64,000 bases of DNA, taken from the NCBI GenBank assembly GCA_050173015.1, contig JBFXLE010000011.1:33232-97231 (forward strand). The letters run 5' to 3'. The position numbers and the translations under genes were made by a program. Below the pieces are notes generated by a model that saw only the letters and a list, made by a program, of their open reading frames with translations, made no database searches and had not been told where the DNA came from. This document shows, one piece after another, positions 18,799 to 28,191 of the stretch. This DNA is from Calditrichaceae bacterium (GTDB lineage Bacteria; Calditrichota; Calditrichia; Calditrichales; JBFXGD01). Positions within the stretch are counted from its first letter, which is position 1; every line of letters starts with the position of its first letter.

Positions 18799-19656
18799 AT
18801 GTCAAGTATAACATCTGAAATCATCGAAAGTATTATATCTCAGGTCATTAGCGAATCGAATCTGGAGAGTTGCAGCAATTGCGAAGAATGTCCAAAAAGC
18901 TGCAAGCCATTCACTTATGAAGGAGCGAATGATCTGGTTTCATTTGGAGCGAGCCGTGTAGGTACCGTGGCGCCAAGTTGTCCTCCCAAATATGAGATGG
19001 CCAAATGGATTGATCACACGTTTCTAAAGCCCGACTCCACTAGGGACGACATCGAAAAAATTTGTGACGAAGCGCTTGAAAATAATTTTGCTTCTGTATG
19101 TATCAATCCTTTTTGGGTATCGCTGGCAAGCAGAAAACTCCGGAATTCAAAGGTTAAGGTATGCACGGTGGTCGGTTTTCCTCTTGGGGCGACTTTTCCC
19201 GAAATTAAAGCGGCGGAAACTCAGGCGGCGGTGGATCGCGGAGCCGAAGAGATTGATATGGTGATTAATGTCGGCGCCCTGAAATCTGGTGATTATGACA
19301 CGGTTGAACGTGATATCCGCGCGGTTGTAAGAGCAGCGGGACGGCGTGTTGTAAAAGTGATCATCGAAGCCTGTCTTCTTACCGACGAAGAAAAAGTGAC
19401 CGCCTGCGTGATATCCCAAAGAGCTGGAGCAAACTTTGTTAAAACTTCGACCGGATTCAGTAGCGGCGGCGCGACCGTTAAGGATGTAGCGTTGATGCGT
19501 CAGGTGGTCGGTCCGCGGATGGGTGTTAAGGCAAGCGGTGGTGTTCGTACCTACGATGAGGCCTGCAAAATGGTTGAAGCCGGAGCCACAAGGATCGGCG
19601 CTAGCGCGAGTGTGGCAATCGTAAGCAATGGTCAGGCGAAATCTACAGATTACTGA
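18799..19656 (+). CDS. deoC: Deoxyribose-phosphate aldolase with 66-aa N-terminal extension
   Basis: The core begins at [15 protein letters not shown]. Motifs: [17 protein letters not shown], the Schiff-base region FVKTSTGF, and VKASGGVR. Residues 1-66 are extra. Confidence 0.9.
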   Translation: MSSITSEIIESIISQVISESNLESCSNCEECPKSCKPFTYEGANDLVSFGASRVGTVAPSCPPKYEMAKWIDHTFLKPDSTRDDIEKICDEALENNFASVCINPFWVSLASRKLRNSKVKVCTVVGFPLGATFPEIKAAETQAAVDRGAEEIDMVINVGALKSGDYDTVERDIRAVVRAAGRRVVKVIIEACLLTDEEKVTACVISQRAGANFVKTSTGFSSGGATVKDVALMRQVVGPRMGVKASGGVRTYDEACKMVEAGATRIGASASVAIVSNGQAKSTDY

Positions 19657-19763
19657 TCAATCCTCAAGGCGTGATTTATTAAGTTACTCCGGCATATGAC
19701 CGGGCCGGGAATCCTATTCATCAATCAGACGACGAATATTTATAAAGGAAAGAATTATAGACT

Positions 19764-21080
19764 ATGACGGCATACGAGATTATCAGCAGGAAACGGGACG
19801 GGGGAGAATTGACAGATCAGGAAATCACTTATATGATCGACGGTTATACACGGGGCTCCATTCCCGATTATCAGGTTGCTGCCTGGCTCATGGCTATTTT
19901 CTTTCAGGGAATGAATACAAGGGAAACGCTGGCTATAACAAATACGATGCTTCATTCCGGTGAATCAGCCGATTTAAGTCAGGTACCGGGTATTAAGGTT
20001 GACAAGCACAGCACCGGCGGAGTGGGTGATAAGGTCTCCATCATTCTTGCTCCAATAGTAGCGGCGGCAGGCGTGCCGGTACCGATGATATCGGGTAGAG
20101 GGCTTGGGCACACCGGAGGTACTTTGGATAAACTCCAAAGCATCCCGGGTTTCCGTGTGGATTATTCCATTGATGAGTACCGTAAAAAGATTAAAAAAAC
20201 CGGAGTGTGTCTGATCGGTCAGACAGCCTCTCTTGCCCCGGCAGATAAAAAGATTTATGCTTTGCGTGACGTGACCGCGACCATTCAGTCCATTCCGCTG
20301 ATTTCGGCAAGTATTATGAGCAAAAAACTGGCCGAAGGGATTGACGCGCTGGTACTGGATGTGAAAACCGGAAACGGCGCATTTATGCAGTCGTATGAGA
20401 AGTCGGTTGAACTGGCGAAAAGCCTGATCGCCATAGGTGAGAAAGCGGGTAAACCGACGGTTGCTTATATCACTAACATGGACGAACCATTGGGTAAAAC
20501 GGTCGGCAACTGGCTGGAGATGGTAGAGTGCTTTGAATGTATGCAGGGCGATGGTCCTGATGATCTGATGGAAGTGACTCACTATCTTAGCGGAACAATG
20601 ATTTATTTGGGTAAAAAAGCCGATTCCATTGAAGATGGCATAAAAATCTCACAGGAAATGATCAAATCCGGAAAAGCGTGGGAAAAGTTTCTGGAAATTG
20701 TTGAAGAACAAAATGGTGATGTATCTTTTGTGAAAAAACCGGAGCAATATCCGGCCGCAAGTTTTCAGACCGATGTTCTTGCCGGGAGTGACGGATTTAT
20801 TTCGGGGATCAACGCGTTGGAAGTAGGACTGACGGCAATCTCCCTGGGAGCGGGAAGAGAAAAATCAGAAGATGTTATCGATCCTAAAGCAGGGATTATA
20901 CTGCATAAAAAAACGGGTGACAAGGTCATAAAAGGTGACAAATTAATGACGGTTTATACTGATAAAGAGCATGTGATTCAATCAGCTGTTGAGCGGCTTT
21001 CAGAGTCGGTATCCTATTCCGATACACCGGTTTCGAGGGAAAAGATGATACTTGATTATCTTGATAAAAAAGACTTATAA
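19764..21080 (+). CDS. pdp: Pyrimidine-nucleoside (thymidine) phosphorylase
   Basis: Motifs VDKHSTGGVGDK, GRGLGHTGGTLDKL and SIMSKK. 438 aa. Confidence 0.9.
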   Translation: MTAYEIISRKRDGGELTDQEITYMIDGYTRGSIPDYQVAAWLMAIFFQGMNTRETLAITNTMLHSGESADLSQVPGIKVDKHSTGGVGDKVSIILAPIVAAAGVPVPMISGRGLGHTGGTLDKLQSIPGFRVDYSIDEYRKKIKKTGVCLIGQTASLAPADKKIYALRDVTATIQSIPLISASIMSKKLAEGIDALVLDVKTGNGAFMQSYEKSVELAKSLIAIGEKAGKPTVAYITNMDEPLGKTVGNWLEMVECFECMQGDGPDDLMEVTHYLSGTMIYLGKKADSIEDGIKISQEMIKSGKAWEKFLEIVEEQNGDVSFVKKPEQYPAASFQTDVLAGSDGFISGINALEVGLTAISLGAGREKSEDVIDPKAGIILHKKTGDKVIKGDKLMTVYTDKEHVIQSAVERLSESVSYSDTPVSREKMILDYLDKKDL

Positions 21081-21087
21081 TAGAAAC

Positions 21088-21879
21088 ATGAAAAATATTA
21101 CAAAACGTCAGCAAAAGAAGATCAAGTATTATTTAAAGGAGAAACAGGACCGCAAAGAGAAAAAAGATATCATCCACGGAAAAGACCTGCCGAAATATCT
21201 TGAAAAAAGGATACCTTATATCCGGCATCTGGCGCCAAATTTAGATAGAATTCTGATCGTTTCATCATTTGTGTCCCCTCCGTTTAAACCCGGCCTGATA
21301 GACCGCTTTCTTGTGCTTGCCGAGTTGGAAGAAGTAGAACCGATAATTTGTCTGAACAAGACTGATTTGCTTGAAGACAGGACGGAAATGGATTCTTTTG
21401 TCAGTTTGTACACAAAGATAGGCTATTCGACGATCGCGACATCCGCTGTGACCGGTGAGGGAATTGAAGAACTTCACGGCATGATGAAAGGGCATCGTTC
21501 GGCGTTTGCGGGGCATTCTGGTGTCGGGAAAAGCAGTCTGTTGAATAAAATCTCTCCGGACCTTCAAATCGAAACCGGAGAAGTCAGCGGCCTGACCAAT
21601 AAGGGGCGTCATACAACCACCAGCCTAAAAATTTATAAACTTGATACAGACACTGATGTGATCGATCTTCCCGGGATTAAGCTGATTGATTTTATTGATA
21701 TTCACAGGGACGAAGCCCGCTTTTATTTCCGTGAATTCCGCGAATTGGATCAATACTGTAAATTTCGGGATTGTCTTCATCTGACTGAATTCAAATGCGC
21801 TGTTAAACAAGCGGTAAAAGATGGAGAAATTTCCACAATTCGGTACGATTCCTATGTGAATTTTGTCGATTCATTGTAA
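21088..21879 (+). CDS. rsgA: Ribosome small-subunit-dependent GTPase A (circularly permuted GTPase), apparently lacking the N-terminal OB fold
   Basis: The G-motif order is G4 LNKTDL, then G1 GHSGVGKSSLLN, G2 GRHTTT, G3 DLPG. The C-terminal Zn knuckle is CKFRDCLHLTEFKC. I chose the ATG at 21088 to avoid overlapping pdp. Confidence 0.8.
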   Translation: MKNITKRQQKKIKYYLKEKQDRKEKKDIIHGKDLPKYLEKRIPYIRHLAPNLDRILIVSSFVSPPFKPGLIDRFLVLAELEEVEPIICLNKTDLLEDRTEMDSFVSLYTKIGYSTIATSAVTGEGIEELHGMMKGHRSAFAGHSGVGKSSLLNKISPDLQIETGEVSGLTNKGRHTTTSLKIYKLDTDTDVIDLPGIKLIDFIDIHRDEARFYFREFRELDQYCKFRDCLHLTEFKCAVKQAVKDGEISTIRYDSYVNFVDSL

Positions 21880-21944
21880 TATATACCATGTATTTATAGA
21901 AGCGACAGTTTTAACTCGATTTTCCATTAACACGAGAATTACAA

Positions 21945-22625
21945 ATGGCGTATAAATATATCCTCTTCGATTTAGACGGTACATTGTTTGACTACGATAT
22001 GGCGGAAGCCAAAGCCCTGAAAGCGGCGTTTGTAAAATTTGGACTCGCATATAATTCGTCCTGTCTTCAAATTTACAGAAGACTGAACTCCGATCTTTGG
22101 CGTCAGTATGAAGCGGGTAATGTCACCCAGGATGCGCTTAAAGTGAAAAGGTTCGAACTTTTAGGGGCAGAAATGGGTATCCCCATTGACCCGGCAGGTT
22201 TCAGTGAGATTTATTTGAATTATCTTGCTCAGGGGACGGATTTGATTGATGGTTCTGAAAATGTATTAAAATATCTTTCTGCCAAATATCAGCTTTTTCT
22301 AATCACCAACGGTTTGAAAAATGTACAGAGACCGAGAATAGCGAATTCCTCGATTGGTCATTATTTTAACGATGTGATCATTTCCGAAGAAGTCGGTTAC
22401 GCTAAACCTGATAGACAAATTTTCGATATTACCTTTAAAATTATGAACTACCCGGGCCGGAAAGATGTTCTGCTGGTGGGCGACAGTCTGACCTCTGATA
22501 TGGCCGGAGGGTCAAATTACGGCATCGATACCTGCTGGTTTAATCCTTCCGGTAACGAAAACAATTCAGGGAATTCGGTTAGTTTTGAAATCAGAAAACT
22601 GGATGAATTGATTTCATTGCTTTAA
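21945..22625 (+). CDS. HAD-superfamily hydrolase, YjjG-like nucleotidase subfamily
   Basis: Motifs YILFDLDGTLFDY, ITNG and VGDSLTSDMAGG. Confidence 0.8.
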   Translation: MAYKYILFDLDGTLFDYDMAEAKALKAAFVKFGLAYNSSCLQIYRRLNSDLWRQYEAGNVTQDALKVKRFELLGAEMGIPIDPAGFSEIYLNYLAQGTDLIDGSENVLKYLSAKYQLFLITNGLKNVQRPRIANSSIGHYFNDVIISEEVGYAKPDRQIFDITFKIMNYPGRKDVLLVGDSLTSDMAGGSNYGIDTCWFNPSGNENNSGNSVSFEIRKLDELISLL

Positions 22626-22659
22626 AATCATCGTTTAACCGCTGTAACAGTGACACATT

Positions 22660-22701
22660 AGATCTTAAAATAAAAACGGCAATCTGAATGGATTGCCGTT
22701 T
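22660..22701 (-). terminator. Rho-independent terminator (serves the minus-strand T9SS gene; hairpin shared with the convergent plus gene)
   Basis: 11-bp stem aaacggcaatc / gattgccgttt (22674-22701) with loop tgaatg. On the minus strand it is followed by ttttatttt. Confidence 0.6.
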
Positions 22702-22723
22702 GACATTTATATCAGGTCTCTAA

Positions 22724-25177
22724 TTACTTTATCAGCATCATTTTTCTAATCGAACTTTCGCGGTTATCAACGGACAGTTTATAAAAATAAAGCCCGCTTG
22801 ATAAATTTGAACCGTCAAATTTTACCTGATAGGTTCCGGTGGCCTGATTTCTATCGACCAGGCGCGCCACAGTTTGACCAAGGATATTATAAACAAGCAC
22901 ACTTACATGGCCGGGTTTGGAGATAGAATATTTGATGGTCGTTTCCGGATTAAACGGATTCGGATAATTTTGATTTAATTTGAAATCCGCTATAATAAAG
23001 CCGTCATCATGAACCGCAGTGGGAATTCCAAATTCACTGGCGCCGATATCAATCCGGTTGCCGTAGATCCTGTCCACGCCATTTATCGCGTACTGATACA
23101 AATTTAAACCGGTTGTATCCGGGGTACCGGCATCGATGCACGCGGAACCCTCCGAAAGGTTGTATAGAAGGGAATCGGCGAATTCCGGGGCGACGTCCAG
23201 ACAATTGGAATAAATCCCGCTGTACTCAATTCCGGCTCCGTCACCGCTGAAACCGGAGGAATCACCCTCGATGTCACAGTAATAAAAATCAGGATCACAG
23301 GTAGTTTCCAACCGGATCTGTGTGCTTTCATTGCCATAAATAATGTTATTGTACAACTCATTTACAGAAGTTGCCCGGAAACTAATTCCTCCGGATTGAT
23401 TTTCTACTATCGTATTGTTAATAAAACGAGAATTGGACTGATAGCTGTATATACCATAACTGGAATTATTGAAGATCAAATTGCTGACAAAATCCGCCTG
23501 ATTGGAGTATCCGGTATAAACGCCGGATGATGAATTATTGAATATTTTATTGTTATAGATCCAGGGTTGAGAATCGCTCCCGCCAATCAACATACCGTAA
23601 CCATAATTATCATGAATACCGCAGTTTTCGATCACAGGCGAACTATTATCAATATAAACGGCCGCATTGATCCCGTGATTAAAACGAATATCTGAATGAC
23701 GAATAAGCAATTTTGAAAATCCTGTGATGTAAAATGCCCCACCATCTTTGTTGATATTGTTGGGATCCCCGTAAGGATTTCCGTATTCTATAACGCAGTA
23801 GGAAAAAACCGATGTGTCGTTGGCCGCAGGAGTTTGATTAAATAAAATCCGGTTCCAGCCTTCTTGCTGATCCGCGGCGGTGAACTTAATAGAATCACTC
23901 TCCGCGCCTTCCGCGATAAGAGTCCCCTGCACATCGATATAGAAAAATCCCTGGAATATTATTTCGACACCGGGTTCGATAGTCAGTGTGGTCCCGTCTT
24001 TAATAATGATATTTCCATCGATCAGATAGGGTGAATTTTCTTTCCCCCACACCCCCGCAACGGTATCAGTTTTGACATAATATTCGTACGCGCCGATATC
24101 GATCAATCCATTGCTAAATCGTTGTTTACCGGATAGATCAAGAACAGGTAAGGAAGCGTCATAAATATCGTTATATCCCTTGTCCCGGCAGGGAGAAAGC
24201 TTCTGAAGGGCATAGGGGGCATCTCCGGTATTCATAAAGAGAGGATCACTATCAAGGCAATTGCTATAGATTCCCGTAAATTCTGCGCCTGCGCCGTCTC
24301 CGTTAAAATATTCTTTTCCGCCCATGATATTGCAATTGTAAAAATTAGGATCACAGGTTGTTTCCAACTGAATTTGTGTCCCGGTATTAGCATAAATAGT
24401 ATTATTGTACAAATTATTTACCGAATTCGCGCGGAAAAAAATTCCTCCGTTTTGATTTTCTACTATCGTATTGTTAATAAAACGAGAATTGGACTGATAG
24501 CTGTATATACCATAATTGAAATTATTGAATATAAGATTATTGACAAAATCCGCCTGATTGGAGTATCCGGTATAAACGCCGGATGATGAATTGTTGAATA
24601 TTTTATTATTAAAAATCCCGGGTTGAGAACCGCTCCCGCCAATCAACATACCGTAACCATAATTATCATGAATACCGCAGTTTTCGATTACAGGCGAAGC
24701 GTTATCAATATAAACGGCCGCATTGGTGCCATGATTCTGACGAATATCGGAATGACGAATGCTCAGTTTTGAAAAGCCAGTGATGTAAAAAGCGCCGCCG
24801 TCCTGACTGTTTGAATAAGGTTTACCGTATTCAATAATACAGTAATCGAACAAGGAACTGTCATTCGTAGCGGGCGTCCCGGAGAAAAGAATCCGGTTCC
24901 ACCCCTCCGTTATGTTGGATGCCGTAAACTTGATCGAGTCACCGGCGGTGCCCACTGCCTGAACGGAACCCTTGACATCAATCATGTAAAATCCTTCTGC
25001 AATAACGGTTGTACCGGGATTGACCCGCAGATGAACACCGTCTTCAATTAAAATGTCACCTTTTACAAAAACCGTGTCCGCATCCCACGCTGAATCGGTT
25101 GAAATCGTTCCGGAAACATCGATAGATGAGGCCAGAGTAAAAGATGTCAGACATAATACCAGTAAAATTTTGTACAT
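22724..25177 (-). CDS. Secreted protein with two tandem right-handed parallel beta-helix modules and a T9SS C-terminal sorting domain
   Basis: Signal peptide MYKILLVLCLTSFTLASS. Repeated NN(T/L)I(F/V)xN beta-helix rungs. C-terminal LNQNYPNPFNPETTIKYSI...GLYFYKL...MMLIK. Confidence 0.8.
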   Translation of the reverse strand: MYKILLVLCLTSFTLASSIDVSGTISTDSAWDADTVFVKGDILIEDGVHLRVNPGTTVIAEGFYMIDVKGSVQAVGTAGDSIKFTASNITEGWNRILFSGTPATNDSSLFDYCIIEYGKPYSNSQDGGAFYITGFSKLSIRHSDIRQNHGTNAAVYIDNASPVIENCGIHDNYGYGMLIGGSGSQPGIFNNKIFNNSSSGVYTGYSNQADFVNNLIFNNFNYGIYSYQSNSRFINNTIVENQNGGIFFRANSVNNLYNNTIYANTGTQIQLETTCDPNFYNCNIMGGKEYFNGDGAGAEFTGIYSNCLDSDPLFMNTGDAPYALQKLSPCRDKGYNDIYDASLPVLDLSGKQRFSNGLIDIGAYEYYVKTDTVAGVWGKENSPYLIDGNIIIKDGTTLTIEPGVEIIFQGFFYIDVQGTLIAEGAESDSIKFTAADQQEGWNRILFNQTPAANDTSVFSYCVIEYGNPYGDPNNINKDGGAFYITGFSKLLIRHSDIRFNHGINAAVYIDNSSPVIENCGIHDNYGYGMLIGGSDSQPWIYNNKIFNNSSSGVYTGYSNQADFVSNLIFNNSSYGIYSYQSNSRFINNTIVENQSGGISFRATSVNELYNNIIYGNESTQIRLETTCDPDFYYCDIEGDSSGFSGDGAGIEYSGIYSNCLDVAPEFADSLLYNLSEGSACIDAGTPDTTGLNLYQYAINGVDRIYGNRIDIGASEFGIPTAVHDDGFIIADFKLNQNYPNPFNPETTIKYSISKPGHVSVLVYNILGQTVARLVDRNQATGTYQVKFDGSNLSSGLYFYKLSVDNRESSIRKMMLIK
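23012..25121. repeat. Intragenic tandem duplication (two ~1056-bp / 352-aa copies) inside the beta-helix gene
   Basis: The string ttctactatcgtattgttaataaaacgagaattggactgatagctgtatataccataa occurs at 23402 and 24458 (offset 1056). Flanking several hundred nt are identical at most positions. Confidence 0.85.
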
Positions 25178-25604
25178 GCACTTCTCCTCGTGATTAAATA
25201 GTTCTGCCTTATTTATTTGTATGAATCTATATTAACGATACAACCTTGGTGTCTGGCGTTGATATTGCGCACGATTTCAATTCGGGTACTGATTTAATTA
25301 AATCGGGTTAGGGTCATAAACTTTTTTTTAAACTCGACTTTTAATGAATGAATCTTTAAAAAAAAAACATATTAGTGAAAAAATGATCAATTGATGAGAA
25401 AAAATAGGATTGTGAAGTTTCGAAAGATGGATTGAAGGAGTGTCGATGATTGAAGAATTCGATCCGGCCATACTGGTTGGGTAAATTTTCTGCTTTGTAT
25501 TTAAGATGTGTAATAGTATATTTCTCAATAGCCTGCTATTTTTTCAATATGCTTATACTCAAAAGATAAAATAAATGAACAGCGCTTTTTAGTGAGGATA
25601 AAAA

Positions 25605-26060
25605 ATGAACTGTAATTTTAAGAAATTGCTTACAGGGAAAGCATTGCTGATTAGTCTGACGATATTCATTTTAATAGTTTCCTGTGACAATGATTCTGCG
25701 GGGCCATGTGCGCATATCTATGAAGAGCCAATTCTCAGTGTGATTTCCGCTAGTGCTGTCGATACTCAGCAGGGAATTGACAGGATTGAGCTTAAATCAA
25801 TAAAAATTGACGGCATAGACGCTGAACTCAATATTCTATTGGACCAGTCATCAAATATTAATCGGCTGGACAGTACGCTGATCTGCAATATTCCCTGTGC
25901 CTTCGGCACTCAAACGGGGGAATACAGTTTTATGGTCTCCGCGGAAGGCTACAGGGATTCCCTCTATACACTGGATGTGCAATATAAGTACTCTGAGGGG
26001 GGCTGTCCATCCCGGTCATGGGGGAGTCAGGAGATGATGATAGAGTTAGCGCTTCAATAA
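25605..26060 (+). CDS. Hypothetical lipoprotein
   Basis: GAGGA RBS. The signal peptide ends in the lipobox-like LIVSCDN. 151 aa, no family motif. Confidence 0.5.
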   Translation: MNCNFKKLLTGKALLISLTIFILIVSCDNDSAGPCAHIYEEPILSVISASAVDTQQGIDRIELKSIKIDGIDAELNILLDQSSNINRLDSTLICNIPCAFGTQTGEYSFMVSAEGYRDSLYTLDVQYKYSEGGCPSRSWGSQEMMIELALQ

Positions 26061-26106
26061 AAGGACATTGATATAATGAGATAAAATAAAATTCCATAAA
26101 CATATT

Positions 26107-26335
26107 ATGATGGGTAAAATTCAATGTTAGCAAGGATGGTTTATTTGCGGGCGCGGCGCTTGGTCCTGGAATTGGCGGGCTTGTGGGATACATTATGGAT
26201 TCAGATAGTGAGGACCCTTCTCCCATAGAAGTGCTCGTTGTGTTTCACTCTTTTGCGGGGGGTCTTTTAGGAGGGCTCATTGGTACTCCCATAGGTATTA
26301 TCATCGGTAAACGAGACATCTATTATTTCAAATAG
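26107..26335 (+). pseudogene. Possible small glycine-zipper membrane protein interrupted by a 1-nt frameshift in an A4 run (or a shorter ORF starting at ATG 26195)
   Basis: The ATGATG at 26107 reads MMGKIQC*. Skipping one A of 26116-26119 gives MMGKFNVSKDGLFAGAALGPGIGGLVGYIMDSDSEDPSPIEVLVVFHSFAGGLLGGLIGTPIGIIIGKRDIYYFK*. No SD is seen. Confidence 0.25.
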
Positions 26336-26541
26336 CAAAATCAACTGAAAACTCTGATTACAATAAACGATGAATCATGAACTCCTTAAATCAGATGAAG
26401 ATGGTTCAGATAAATTAAAAATGGGGAATTCACCGGAATTATAATAAAAGTCATGAAAAAAACATGACCCTTATCAGCAAGATATTATCCCGGTTTCTTC
26501 TCTCCTAAAAGACAGTGTGCAAGGCAGACCCGCCTCCCCGA

Positions 26542-27012
26542 TTATATCTCCGGTCCGAAAGATCCGGTCTGGATTTTGTACTTCTTCTCGATGTTTTTGT
26601 GATGATTAACCTCTTCTTCGGCCAGATTTTTAAAGAGGGTAATCAATTCTGTGTCTTTTGCCGCCTTGGATGCAGCAACAAAGATCTGGTTCGCCCTGTA
26701 TTCGCGTTTAAGCGCTAAATTTAGTATTTCTTCTATCGTCCAGTCCTCCTTGAAAGGCTCGTCCTGAACATCATGAGAAGATTTTCCACTTTGAAAAATG
26801 GTGTCATCCTTAACGACCACATCCAGATCGTACAAACCGGTTTCCTTTATATTATAAAGCATTTTTTCGTGCTCTTCTTCTTCCTTAACCAATTCTTTCA
26901 GAAATTTTTGGCTTTCGGGATCTTTAATGACTTTTAATCCTTTTCTGTAAAGATCCTGTGAATTGATCTCCTGCTGGATGGCTACATCGAGTAAATCTCT
27001 TAAGGTTTTCAT
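26542..27012 (-). CDS. Ferritin-like / rubrerythrin-family diiron protein
   Basis: Two EExH-type helices (KEEEEHEKML and AEEEVNHHKNIE) in a 156-aa four-helix-bundle-sized protein. Confidence 0.65.
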   Translation of the reverse strand: MKTLRDLLDVAIQQEINSQDLYRKGLKVIKDPESQKFLKELVKEEEEHEKMLYNIKETGLYDLDVVVKDDTIFQSGKSSHDVQDEPFKEDWTIEEILNLALKREYRANQIFVAASKAAKDTELITLFKNLAEEEVNHHKNIEKKYKIQTGSFGPEI

Positions 27013-27033
27013 GACTTTTACCCCGTAATTTGA

Positions 27034-28062
27034 TTATTTTAAATTTTCCAGTGATTGAAATATTCGCTCATGAATCGAATCCACAAGCGGGGATGAATCG
27101 AGCGCGACTTGTCGAATGCCCAGATATTCGGTTAACGGTTTGAGAAGTTGAAAAATTTCCGGTTTGACAGATTGAATTTCTTCAGGAATCCGCGTTCTTT
27201 TTTCAATCAGTTCCAGTATTTGTTTTGGTAAAATAGAAAAGTACTCGTCATCTTTAAATGTAAATGAATCAATAAGCATCGAATTATGAGCATTCGCCAG
27301 GATGAAGATTTTTGTAAAGTAAGGCCGCTCGTCATCATCTTTAACAGGAATCGGTGAAAAAAAGTAGTCAAGAATCCATTTCTCATCGGTATGGTGAACA
27401 GAGTGTTTGAAGAGTGATAATCGGTCGAAATCGAGTTTAATTTCTGGAACCGGTAATTCGTCGGATTGGGGCACAGAAATCCAGCGGTCGATCCAATTCA
27501 GGTTGGTTTCATTTTTTACAGGCACTTTTACAAAATATTCATCTTCAAACGCAGAGAGAATCGCATCCACGCCGTTTATATGATGAATAGCTATTTTTGC
27601 CGCCTGTGTGAGGCAAACAGTTATAAATTGCGCCTGTGATTCATTTTCCAGATACCAGGGATAATATCCCGGTAGATAATTTCTGAACAACGGCCACGCG
27701 TTTCTGCCCCTGAACTTTAACCCGAGTGAATTTATAATTTCTTTATCCGGGGCGGTGATCAGTTGGCTGTTTTCAAAAGAGGTCATAAGACATTTCTGGG
27801 AATAATAGAGGTCCCTAAAATATGAACCCCGGTTTTGTGAGAGATCTAAAAAACTTTTTAATCCTTCGACTCCCGGATATACGGCAAGCGCGAAATGTTC
27901 ACCTTTATTGCCAAGGATTGAGCAAAATCCAATCTGATGATCCAGGGGATTCTGAACACCAAAGATATGTTTTTCCGTAAACCACTTCCAGGGCGCGAGT
28001 TTTTTAAATTCCACAGCCGCCTGATATAATTTTTTCCAGATAATCAAATTAATACCGGGCAT
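27034..28062 (-). CDS. Conserved hypothetical protein
   Basis: 342-aa ORF with good coding character and no motif I can name. Confidence 0.5.
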   Translation of the reverse strand: MPGINLIIWKKLYQAAVEFKKLAPWKWFTEKHIFGVQNPLDHQIGFCSILGNKGEHFALAVYPGVEGLKSFLDLSQNRGSYFRDLYYSQKCLMTSFENSQLITAPDKEIINSLGLKFRGRNAWPLFRNYLPGYYPWYLENESQAQFITVCLTQAAKIAIHHINGVDAILSAFEDEYFVKVPVKNETNLNWIDRWISVPQSDELPVPEIKLDFDRLSLFKHSVHHTDEKWILDYFFSPIPVKDDDERPYFTKIFILANAHNSMLIDSFTFKDDEYFSILPKQILELIEKRTRIPEEIQSVKPEIFQLLKPLTEYLGIRQVALDSSPLVDSIHERIFQSLENLK

Positions 28063-28191
28063 AATACGATCCTTTAAATTACCATAACAAATATATTTAA
28101 TAATGAAATAAAGAGCAATTGCCGTTTTAATTGCGTAAAATAAAAAAAATACCTATAATTCTGGTTTGAATAAACAAAAACGGAAGATGAT

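Noticed and set aside
19974-20582. Long antisense ORFs (this 202-aa one; also 43604..44146, 29216..29686, 38665..39054, 4904..5242 and others)
   Set aside because: Each overlaps a motif-rich gene on the opposite strand and encodes Arg/Ser/His-rich sequence with no motif. These are shadow ORFs.
25328-25528. 66-aa ORF in the 427-bp gap upstream of the lipoprotein gene
   Set aside because: The sequence is A/T-rich and low-complexity (IFSLICFFFKDSFIK), with no RBS. It is more likely a promoter region shared by divergent genes.
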